In this document: positions 25,501 through 32,680 of the stretch, one piece after another
Numbering within the stretch: the first letter of the stretch is position 1
Layout: each line of letters opens with the position of its first letter
Source of the DNA: Candidatus Woesearchaeota archaeon
GTDB lineage: Archaea; Nanobdellota; Nanobdellia; Pacearchaeales; CAZSMI01
DNA: 34,005 nt
Assembly (NCBI GenBank): GCA_964607815.1
Contig: CAZSMI010000002.1
Location: 1 to 34,005, forward strand
Reading direction: 5' to 3'
The notes under the pieces: model-generated
Databases searched by the model: none
Seen by the model: the letters and a program-made list of their open reading frames with translations, nothing else
Told to the model about the DNA's origin: nothing
Position numbers and translations under genes: made by a program

Positions 25501-25556
25501 TCTTTTGGTAAATTAAAAGGATTTTATGATCTTTTATTCATCTTTATTTGTATGCT

Positions 25557-25601
25557 ATCCTTCCTCTTATCCTCTTCTTATCCTCTTCTTATCCTCTTCT
25601 T
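25557..25601. repeat. Tandem 11-bp repeat: atcctcttctt x3 perfect plus one degenerate 12-nt copy
   Basis: Perfect units at 25569-25579, 25580-25590 and 25591-25601, preceded by atccttcctctt (25557-25568). Intergenic, between the 42-aa ORF stop and promoter block A. Confidence 0.8.
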
Positions 25602-25606
25602 ATTGT

Positions 25607-25735
25607 TTACACTCCAAATTTTTTCAAAAGTCCTCTTACAGCAAAAAAAATTGCTACTGCAAAAATTATCCACAACAGGATTTTGATTAAGGTTGTTGGC
25701 ATAATTGCCTTCTTTCTTTTTTTTATTTTGAACAT
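25607..25735 (-). CDS. Mini pilin-like peptide (42 aa)
   Basis: Absent from the ORF track: MFKIKKRKKAIMPTTLIKILLWIIFAVAIFFAVRGLLKKFGV. Same basic + A/G + hydrophobic helix layout. Starts 9 nt after the stop of the 344-aa gene. Confidence 0.4.
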   Translation of the reverse strand: MFKIKKRKKAIMPTTLIKILLWIIFAVAIFFAVRGLLKKFGV

Positions 25736-25743
25736 TTTAACTT

Positions 25744-26778
25744 CTAAGTTTCTTGAAAAAACCCTTCATAAATTTTTTTGAACAAGGCATTTGCCTGTAT
25801 GTGTGGTGTATAAACATATAAAGCGCCAGTTGCTTTATTAGCGGGCCTTATCTCCTGATTATCAACCTTTATCGTATCCCCCACTACCCATTCATCAAAT
25901 CTATGTCTAAAAGTTTCTGTTGCACAGATTATTTGTTTTTCAAAACCACCATATCTCTCTTTTCTTTCTTCCTGTTCTTCTTTACTTACTTCAGATATAC
26001 CACAACCAGTAGCAATCTTTACTCTTTCATTAAATTCTTCTCTTGCTTTTTCATTTAGAACTATCAGGCCTTGCTCTTTTTGTATTGTTGCAATTATTAC
26101 TTTTGGATTTATTTCTTTTTCTTTACAATTCTCATAAATTATTTGTGAAGCAGATTTTTCTCCTACTTTGTAGTCTGCCAGCAAAGAATCTTTTTGTTCT
26201 AAGAAATCTTGGATTTCCTTTTTGTTCATGGAAAGCTCTTGAAATTCTTCATCGCTTATTATATTACTTATAGAAAAAACAAATTTTTCTTTTTCTGTTA
26301 TGTTATAAAATGCTGGCTCACTTGTTATAAAAAATTCACTAACTGTTATTTTCTTGAGAAAAAGCTGTTTATCTTGGACAATCGGCTTGTCTATGACTCT
26401 ACAATAACCAGCTTTTATGCAGTCTATTCTTATTCTATGCCTGCATATACAAACGCAATTTTTTCCCTTACAGATTGTAGGAACTTGGTCAGCATTGAAA
26501 TGTCTATTTCCATCTATATCAAAAGCGACAACATACCATCCTTTAGGAGCAAGTAGGAACAAAGGGCTGCTTCCTTCTTTTTTTGCCTCTTCTAAAGCGC
26601 GGATAATAGCATCTATCTGTCCTGATGCTTGTAATTTTTCCTGACCATAAAAAAACATTCCTGCAATAGAAACAAAAAAAAACAGCAAAACACCTGCAAG
26701 TATCAAGCCTACAATCAAATTGAAAACAAATTTCAATAAAGTCATACCTCTTTTGTTTCTACTAATCATACTAAGCAT
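25744..26778 (-). CDS. Pilin-signal protein with Cys-rich middle region and C-terminal lysozyme-like/cell-wall-hydrolase-like module (tentative)
   Basis: 344 aa. N-terminus SRNKRGMTLLKFVFNLIVGLILAGVLLFFF, then a Cys cluster TICKGKNCVCICRHRIRIDCIKAGYC. The C-terminal ~170 aa contain EIQDFLEQKDSLLADY, INPKVIIATIQKEQGLI and ATGALYVYTPH. Confidence 0.6.
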   Translation of the reverse strand: MLSMISRNKRGMTLLKFVFNLIVGLILAGVLLFFFVSIAGMFFYGQEKLQASGQIDAIIRALEEAKKEGSSPLFLLAPKGWYVVAFDIDGNRHFNADQVPTICKGKNCVCICRHRIRIDCIKAGYCRVIDKPIVQDKQLFLKKITVSEFFITSEPAFYNITEKEKFVFSISNIISDEEFQELSMNKKEIQDFLEQKDSLLADYKVGEKSASQIIYENCKEKEINPKVIIATIQKEQGLIVLNEKAREEFNERVKIATGCGISEVSKEEQEERKERYGGFEKQIICATETFRHRFDEWVVGDTIKVDNQEIRPANKATGALYVYTPHIQANALFKKIYEGFFQET

Positions 26779-26798
26779 GCTAAAAGAAATAATTTGAA

Positions 26799-26808
26799 TT
26801 ATTTAAAG
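26799..26808 (-). promoter_or_regulatory. TATA-like box for the 344-aa gene
   Basis: The minus strand reads CTTTAAATAA 21-30 nt upstream of ATG 26778. Confidence 0.4.
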
Positions 26809-26826
26809 TTTACTTGTTACTTATGT

Positions 26827-27174
26827 CTAGGTTTTGGGGCAGACATCTGTACAATCTATATCACAATCAAATAACGCTGTTCTGTTATCTAGTTCATCAC
26901 AGGTAAGCTCCTCTGGTTTTTTTGGGTCTGTTGGATCCAAGCCCCTTACTGTATGTTTTGTACAACAAAATTCAAATGTTGAAGCGGTTGTGCAGTGTAT
27001 TTTACACTGACTTACAATAGCATCAACATTTGTTGTTGTAAAAAAACCAGTTACTTTGCTCCACATTTGTTGCCAGCCCATAGCAAAACCTGCCACAAGT
27101 ATTACTAACACAATTACTGCAAGTATCACCAAAACAATTGTTGTTACACTTAATCCTTGTCCTTTTTTGTCCAT
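26827..27174 (-). CDS. Small Cys-rich pilin candidate (class III signal)
   Basis: 115 aa. MDKKGQGLSVTTIVLVILAVIVLVILVAGF is the closest match here to the archaeal K-G-Q prepilin motif. 8 Cys in the 70-aa C-terminal part. GAGG lies about 5-10 nt upstream of the ATG. Confidence 0.65.
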   Translation of the reverse strand: MDKKGQGLSVTTIVLVILAVIVLVILVAGFAMGWQQMWSKVTGFFTTTNVDAIVSQCKIHCTTASTFEFCCTKHTVRGLDPTDPKKPEELTCDELDNRTALFDCDIDCTDVCPKT

Positions 27175-27214
27175 TTTTCCTCTTTTTTCTGCTTTTACTA
27201 AGTCTTAGTTATTT

Positions 27215-27379
27215 TTAAAGTTTTCCATACAAAATTTTTATCAGAGGAATTACAGCAAGCCCTTCAATTTGTGGCTTTATGTAGTTGATCCATATTAGAA
27301 AAAGACTTCCAACAACAAGCGCAATAACTATTACTATGATAATAGCTCTTATCAAGGTATTTATTGTTAATTCTGCCAT
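27215..27379 (-). CDS. Small single-TM protein (54 aa)
   Basis: Absent from the ORF track: MAELTINTLIRAIIIVIVIALVVGSLFLIWINYIKPQIEGLAVIPLIKILYGKL. Lies directly upstream of the Cys-rich pilin. No clear basic-G/A motif. Confidence 0.35.
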   Translation of the reverse strand: MAELTINTLIRAIIIVIVIALVVGSLFLIWINYIKPQIEGLAVIPLIKILYGKL

Positions 27380-27455
27380 TTTATTTCTATATTTGTAAGC
27401 AGTAGCTCTTTAATAATTTCTATATTTTATGATCCTTTATCTAATTTTATTGATT

Positions 27456-27614
27456 TTAAATTTTATATTTGAACAAGTTGAGGAATCTTTCTATAAGGCT
27501 TTCTCCTTTCCCTCTCAGTATCATGATGGCTAGTAAAATTATAACAAGAACTGCAAGTGCAATTATCCATTTTGCTAGTGTATTTAGAGCAATTCCCCTC
27601 TTATCTTTTTTCAT
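27456..27614 (-). CDS. Mini pilin-like peptide (52 aa)
   Basis: Absent from the ORF track: MKKDKRGIALNTLAKWIIALAVLVIILLAIMILRGKGESLIERFLNLFKYKI. Carries a class III signal-like KDKRG plus a hydrophobic helix. Confidence 0.45.
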   Translation of the reverse strand: MKKDKRGIALNTLAKWIIALAVLVIILLAIMILRGKGESLIERFLNLFKYKI

Positions 27615-27670
27615 TTTTATTTTCATTTCTTTTGTAAGTTGATAGGCAATAAATTCCTGGTATTAATATA

Positions 27671-27692
27671 TTTTATCTCTGTTTTATCTCTG
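27671..27692. repeat. Tandem 11-bp repeat (ttttatctctg x2) in the leader downstream of promoter block B
   Basis: Exact copies at 27671-27681 and 27682-27692. The minus strand reads CAGAGATAAAA twice. Confidence 0.75.
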
Positions 27693-27701
27693 TTCCTTCT
27701 A

Positions 27702-27738
27702 CTTTATTTTTACCAAAGCGTCTGGATTAATAAACTTA
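27702..27738 (-). promoter_or_regulatory. Conserved 37-nt promoter block, copy B
   Basis: The minus strand reads TAAGTTTATTAATCCAGACGCTTTGGTAAAAATAAAG. It starts 2 nt after the stop of the 709-aa gene and matches copy A at 30 of 37 positions. TTTATTAA lies 113-120 nt upstream of ATG 27614. Confidence 0.45.
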
Positions 27739-27739
27739 A

Positions 27740-29869
27740 CTAGCCTGCGCCTATGCCACCAACTGCTATGTTTGCAAGCAAGCTTAGGGCAAGGGTTGCA
27801 AGCAAAGCCACTATAAAATAAAGGAAAATCCCTCCTCTCAAATTTCCTGAGATTTCTGATTTTTCGCTTAACTTGTCAACACCGCTTTCTACTATTACTA
27901 AGGTGCCTGTCAGAATAAAAACAATTTCTATCAAATAAATTCCTATTACTATCTGTAAAAAATAAGGGGGTATCATTTCTGTAATGTTGAACATTTCTGT
28001 TAGTGTTCCTATCGTGCCAAACATACCTACTTCTGTTTCTGCCCCTAGTTCAGGCAACATTGTTTGCAACTTTCCAAATATGCTTGTTATCATTGTTGAT
28101 AAGCCAACAACTATTCCTGTCAAAACAGGAGCAAGGAACGTCATATTACTTTTCATATCGCTTATTATATCTGCAAGCAAATCTCTAAGCCTTTCATTAA
28201 TTTTTCCTATGTTCTTTACATATTGCGAGATGCTCATCAGTGCTCTTGCAGCAACTTGCAATCCTCTCTTGACACTTTCAACAAGAATTTGCATGCTTGT
28301 TTTTACTAGTGTTGAAGGATAAAAAATAATTGCTCCCCTTCTTTTGTTGAATATTGCTTGTTCAACAGACATGCCTGCTTGTTGTATGTTGCTGTTAACT
28401 ATTTTGAAAAAACCAGCTGTTGCTGTTCCTCTTGTTGACTCAGCAACTCTTGCAAAAGCAATTTCTGCTGGCATTCCATCTCCTAAACGATTACCAAGTT
28501 GGAATATACTAGAAGAAAATTCTCTTTCAAAATCTTTTGTTTCTCTTCTTGTTTTTATAAGCTCTTTGGTTTTGAGCTGATATGATATGGAAAAAAACAA
28601 GGCTATACTTAAAGGTATGAGCAAACTCAGAAGTAATGCTAAAAGACCAAAAGGTCCTTTGCCATCACGAAAATCAAATGCTTGCATTTCTGCCCCAAAC
28701 AAAGAAAAACTAAAATCATTTTGCAAGCCGAGCATGGCAGGCAGTTGAGTTTGAAAAAGTAAGGGCAAAAGCCCTATAATAAAAATAGGCAAAGAAAATG
28801 CCAAAGCAATATAAAAGGGCTTTCTGCTGCTATATTTCACGTAATCTGGATTTTGTTCTAGTAACTCAGTCTCACCATAACCTCCCGGTCTTTTACTTAA
28901 TACTTGAGAAGTTAAATAAAAAACAAAAAAAGGAACTATCATATTAAAGAATATAGCAACATGAAACCAGTTTATTGCTCCTCCCAGTAAGGCAGAAGCT
29001 AAAGGTAGTATTGCAATTGCTAGAGTAGGAAGAACTATTCCCAACATGTAAAGATTTGTTAATGGTGCACGAACATCATGAACATAATGCAACATTTTGT
29101 CATGTACACCATCCAAAATAATCTCAAGTGATTTTTCAAGAACTTCTATTCTTCTTGCCTCACTTGGCTCATACAAACTGCTTTCTATAAGATGAAAAGA
29201 TTCTATAAATTCTGGACTATATCCTCTCCAATTTTCTAAATAAGAATCTAGACTTTCTTTTATTGTGCTATATTTGCCTATTTCAACATCATAAAAAATT
29301 TTTTTGAAATCTAGGGCAAGAGGCGCTTGTAAATGCATGCTTGCAAATTCTATTGCCTTTTCCAAGTTGCTCGTATGTCTCATATAAACAACCACATATA
29401 AAATGCATGGAACCATTTGAGAACTTGCTTTTAGACGCCATGACTGTGCAAGTCTTCCGGGCATGTTATTTGTGTAGTAAAACAAGAAGAGAGAAAAGAA
29501 GAACAACAAAAATAATAGAATAAAAGGAAAAATTCCTGTGATGAGGAAAACAGCAAATGGAATAAGAATGGAAACAACTAGAGACGACAGCAAGATAAGA
29601 ATAGAAAATGCTATTGTGTCTGAAGCACTCAACTCTAGATGTGCTGTTTTTAGCTGGCTACTAATTCTTTTTTCATCTTCTTTTTTCAGCCTTACTTTTA
29701 TTTTCTTGCCAATACCCTTACATAATCTTTCGTATCTTGTGAAAGAGGGCATTGTTTCTTCCCTGAAGCGTTGGTATTCCTTGCTAAAGCCTGTAGGAGT
29801 CACACTAGTTGTCTCTCTTTCTAGCTTTGCCTCAAATTTTTTGAGAATCTCTTCAACATCTCTTACCAT
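27740..29869 (-). CDS. Polytopic membrane protein, probable pilus/archaellum assembly platform (FlaJ/TadC/PilC-type, T2SS F-like)
   Basis: 709 aa with many hydrophobic helices in two clusters separated by soluble segments. Lies 36 nt downstream of the secretion ATPase, the usual archaeal arrangement. Family assigned by context, not by a recognised motif. Confidence 0.5.
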   Translation of the reverse strand: MVRDVEEILKKFEAKLERETTSVTPTGFSKEYQRFREETMPSFTRYERLCKGIGKKIKVRLKKEDEKRISSQLKTAHLELSASDTIAFSILILLSSLVVSILIPFAVFLITGIFPFILLFLLFFFSLFLFYYTNNMPGRLAQSWRLKASSQMVPCILYVVVYMRHTSNLEKAIEFASMHLQAPLALDFKKIFYDVEIGKYSTIKESLDSYLENWRGYSPEFIESFHLIESSLYEPSEARRIEVLEKSLEIILDGVHDKMLHYVHDVRAPLTNLYMLGIVLPTLAIAILPLASALLGGAINWFHVAIFFNMIVPFFVFYLTSQVLSKRPGGYGETELLEQNPDYVKYSSRKPFYIALAFSLPIFIIGLLPLLFQTQLPAMLGLQNDFSFSLFGAEMQAFDFRDGKGPFGLLALLLSLLIPLSIALFFSISYQLKTKELIKTRRETKDFEREFSSSIFQLGNRLGDGMPAEIAFARVAESTRGTATAGFFKIVNSNIQQAGMSVEQAIFNKRRGAIIFYPSTLVKTSMQILVESVKRGLQVAARALMSISQYVKNIGKINERLRDLLADIISDMKSNMTFLAPVLTGIVVGLSTMITSIFGKLQTMLPELGAETEVGMFGTIGTLTEMFNITEMIPPYFLQIVIGIYLIEIVFILTGTLVIVESGVDKLSEKSEISGNLRGGIFLYFIVALLATLALSLLANIAVGGIGAG

Positions 29870-29905
29870 ATTGATACCTCTTTTTCTTGTTATGCTTCTT
29901 GCTAG

Positions 29906-32197
29906 TTAAGTTTTTGCTCTCTTTACTTCTTCTTTGAGCCAGTCTTTCCATTCTCTCAGCACTCTTTCCCCTTCTGGCAGCCCAATTTCTTTACTTACCA
30001 TGTCAGATATTATATGAAACATGTTGTTGCTTTTTACTGTAAAAGGAGCTTCTAACAAAGAAGGCATTTTTGTTTTTCCTGCTACCTTTACAATTTCTTC
30101 TTTTATTTTTGCTCTCAACAAGATATTGTCCCAGACAGCATCCCAGTTGCCAGCCCATCCTTTTACATTAGCGGCAACTGCCTTGAGGGTTTCGCTTTCT
30201 CCATTAACTAAATCAGGTGTTGCTTCTAGCTCATCTTTTTGCACATTATATTTCAAGAGGTCAACAAAACCTTTTTCATCAAGAGGATCTTCTCTCCAAT
30301 GCTTTCTTACTTCTGTAATTTGCATAAGCCTTTTCCAGCTATGCAATCCATCTGGACTTTTGATAGGGTTTGTTACTGCTATAATATCAGTAGCTTTGAA
30401 ACTTGTGATTGGTACTTGTAAATCATTTACTACTCTATCAAAAACAGCATAAGGGCTTGCACCATGTATAGTACCGGCAACAACATTTGCTAAAGCTCCA
30501 ATTCTCATGGCCTCGTAAAGAGCTTTTGCTTCTAAAGAACGAATTTCTCCAATAATAAGACTACTGTCACCTAATCTCAAACTAACTCTGATAGCCTCGT
30601 CTGCTGGCACTTCTGTTGTTGTTTTCAGCAAGGCAGCTCTTGCTTTCATCCTCAATATATCATAATTTAATTTTCTCAAAGTATCTACTGGCAGCTCAAG
30701 AACATCTTCCAAAACAATAATGCGATATTTTGGCATTATTTCTAAAAGTAAAGATCCTAACAAAGAAGTTTTTCCAGATGAGCGAGTACCTGCCACGAGA
30801 AGGGTTCTTGCTCCTTCTATCAAAAAGCTAAATAAACCAGCAGCCAAAGGGTTCAACATTTTATTTTGTGCAAATAAGGCCAATGTCCAGGGCATTTCCC
30901 TGTGTCTTCTGAAAGCATAAGCAAGTCCATAAGGACTTAGTGGTTGCTGGATTATTGCTACTCTTGCCCTGATATTTTTGATGAGCAGGTCAGTATCAAG
31001 AACAGGATTTGCTTCATCTAATGGTCTGCCAGACAGCATTCTGAACTTTGCAGCCCATGAGTCAGCATCCTCAGTAGAAGGTACAATATTTGTAAAACAC
31101 TCATCATAACCCTGATGTCTTATGAAAATTGGTACTTGACTTACAGGAGAATTAACAACAATATCTTGCAGCCTTTCATCTTGCAATAGCACTTCTATCA
31201 GGCCAAAACCAATTGTATGCCTTACGAGAATTGTTGCAAGTTTATTGAGTTTTCTATAACTAATTTTTATTTTTTTGCTGTTTGCAAGTTCTTGTAACAA
31301 GTCTCTCGCAATATTAAAAAAAACCTGTCTTGTTCTTGCCGGGTCAGTAAATTCTTCTGCTCTTGGTCTATGTTCTAGTAAAACATTTCTTGCAAGATCC
31401 AGTAAAGAGTAATATTCTTCTTCTAGAGCATACTCTGGAGGCATCAGATGATAAAGGAACTTTGTTCTTCCTGGCAACTTCAGGATTGTAACATCACTTA
31501 TGTCTTGTTCCTCCCCTATAACATATCTGTCTATTATTTCTGCTTCTGATGGAATAGAAGATGCTAGCCTAGTAAAAGTAATATTTGGCAAAACATCTGG
31601 ACGAAAAATTCTTGCATAAATTTCTCTACTGCCTATTTTGTGTGCTTTTATGTAAGGCTGGGCTTGTTTTATCAACCCTGTTTTTTCTAGCAGCTCAACA
31701 ATCTTGCCAAGAAGTCTCAGGTAGATACCTTCACATGTGTTACATTGTTCTGGCAACTTCCTTGCATTAATTTTTTCTTCTCTCAACAAGCGTTTAGACT
31801 CAACATAACAGCCTATTGGGTCTTGTTTTAACAAAGTAAGGACAAGATATCTCATCGCATTATATCTTCCTGCCAAACATTTTTTACATTCAAAAGGTGT
31901 AAGTTTCTGCATGGACAAAACCTTTTCTTGTTTTACAAGATAATTGTAAAGTTGCGCAATTTCTACAAGCAATGCTGCTTGAGAAAAATCATAGCTATAG
32001 TTTCTTTGCTGAACAAAAACTATCCTGCTAACATCTGGCTGCTCTACAAGAGAATCTATTGTGCGAGACATGCACAAAGCAGAGTCTGCAAGACTTGGTA
32101 TACTTGTTGCTCCTAAATAGTTTATGAATATGACATTTTGTCCAGCTTCTCTTGTTACTTCATAACTATAAAGAGCAGTACCTTTTTTGAACAACAT
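29906..32197 (-). CDS. Type II/IV secretion-family ATPase (FlaI/PilB/VirB11-like) with extended N-terminus
   Basis: 763 aa. Walker A LVAGTRSSGKTSLLGSLL (around residue 470), Asp box/Walker B IIVLEDVLELP and SLIIGEIRSLEA, His box AGTIHG. The N-terminal extension carries CKKC...CNTC. Confidence 0.8.
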   Translation of the reverse strand: MLFKKGTALYSYEVTREAGQNVIFINYLGATSIPSLADSALCMSRTIDSLVEQPDVSRIVFVQQRNYSYDFSQAALLVEIAQLYNYLVKQEKVLSMQKLTPFECKKCLAGRYNAMRYLVLTLLKQDPIGCYVESKRLLREEKINARKLPEQCNTCEGIYLRLLGKIVELLEKTGLIKQAQPYIKAHKIGSREIYARIFRPDVLPNITFTRLASSIPSEAEIIDRYVIGEEQDISDVTILKLPGRTKFLYHLMPPEYALEEEYYSLLDLARNVLLEHRPRAEEFTDPARTRQVFFNIARDLLQELANSKKIKISYRKLNKLATILVRHTIGFGLIEVLLQDERLQDIVVNSPVSQVPIFIRHQGYDECFTNIVPSTEDADSWAAKFRMLSGRPLDEANPVLDTDLLIKNIRARVAIIQQPLSPYGLAYAFRRHREMPWTLALFAQNKMLNPLAAGLFSFLIEGARTLLVAGTRSSGKTSLLGSLLLEIMPKYRIIVLEDVLELPVDTLRKLNYDILRMKARAALLKTTTEVPADEAIRVSLRLGDSSLIIGEIRSLEAKALYEAMRIGALANVVAGTIHGASPYAVFDRVVNDLQVPITSFKATDIIAVTNPIKSPDGLHSWKRLMQITEVRKHWREDPLDEKGFVDLLKYNVQKDELEATPDLVNGESETLKAVAANVKGWAGNWDAVWDNILLRAKIKEEIVKVAGKTKMPSLLEAPFTVKSNNMFHIISDMVSKEIGLPEGERVLREWKDWLKEEVKRAKT

Positions 32198-32204
32198 TTT
32201 TTCT

Positions 32205-32399
32205 TTATTTGCTTTCTTTTTTTATAGTAAGGTAGATTATCTCTATTATGATTGTATGTACAAGAAAGAAAAACACAAACCATGCTTTTTCTTTTCTCCT
32301 TGCACTTCTCCATAATACCAATCCTGTTAAGGTTAACTGGATTACCGAAAGAATAACAAGGCATACAATTTGTACTGTAGTAAGTTCTACGAGCACCAT
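32205..32399 (-). CDS. Small two-TM membrane protein, possible first gene of the pilus operon
   Basis: 64 aa: MVLVELTTVQIVCLVILSVIQLTLTGLVLWRSARRKEKAWFVFFFLVHTIIIEIIYLTIKKESK. AGGTG lies about 13 nt upstream of the ATG. The stop is 7 nt before the ATPase ATG. Confidence 0.4.
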   Translation of the reverse strand: MVLVELTTVQIVCLVILSVIQLTLTGLVLWRSARRKEKAWFVFFFLVHTIIIEIIYLTIKKESK

Positions 32400-32454
32400 T
32401 TCTTTTTTTCACACCTTTTTTCTTTCTGGTTAGAAGAAAGGGTGATTAAAATAG

Positions 32455-32476
32455 TTTTCGCTTTTGAAAGCGAAAA
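32455..32476. promoter_or_regulatory. Perfect 10-bp inverted repeat (ttttcgcttt tg aaagcgaaaa)
   Basis: Arms at 32455-32464 and 32467-32476 are exact reverse complements. Located in the 311-nt divergent intergenic region upstream of the pilus operon. Confidence 0.45.
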
Positions 32477-32533
32477 GATTTTCTAAAATAGCAAGCGATA
32501 AAAAAGGTTGGATTTTTTTCTTGAAGGCAGATT

Positions 32534-32555
32534 AGATATGAATAAGATATGAATA
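32534..32555. repeat. Tandem 11-bp repeat (agatatgaata x2)
   Basis: Exact copies at 32534-32544 and 32545-32555, in the same intergenic region. Confidence 0.75.
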
Positions 32556-32680
32556 ACCGCCTGAAAAAGAGTGTAAAGGAGAAAAGATGGCAGACAAGCG
32601 GAATTTTTGAACATCCAAAACCTTGTCTTTATAAATCCAGTCAATTGTGAAACAAAAAACAAAATTTAGTTTTCAGTAAA

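Noticed and set aside
25557-25601. Possible miniature CRISPR array
   Set aside because: The units are 11 bp and directly abutting with no spacers. There is no leader or cas context. This is a simple tandem repeat.
25447-27692. Apparent enrichment of the AGATAAA heptamer in pilus-locus leaders
   Set aside because: At this base composition I estimate more than ten chance occurrences of such a heptamer per window. Most of the apparent enrichment comes from the tandem duplications themselves. Only the 12-mer and the 37-nt block similarities are reported as findings.
32155-32412. 85-aa ORF overlapping the ATPase start and the 64-aa ORF
   Set aside because: It lies in a different frame across two better-supported genes, has low-complexity basic composition and has no start context.
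32587-32610. 7-codon ORF (MADKRNF) preceded by AGGAG in the large intergenic region
   Set aside because: It is too short to support as a gene from sequence alone. It is noted only as part of the unexplained region.
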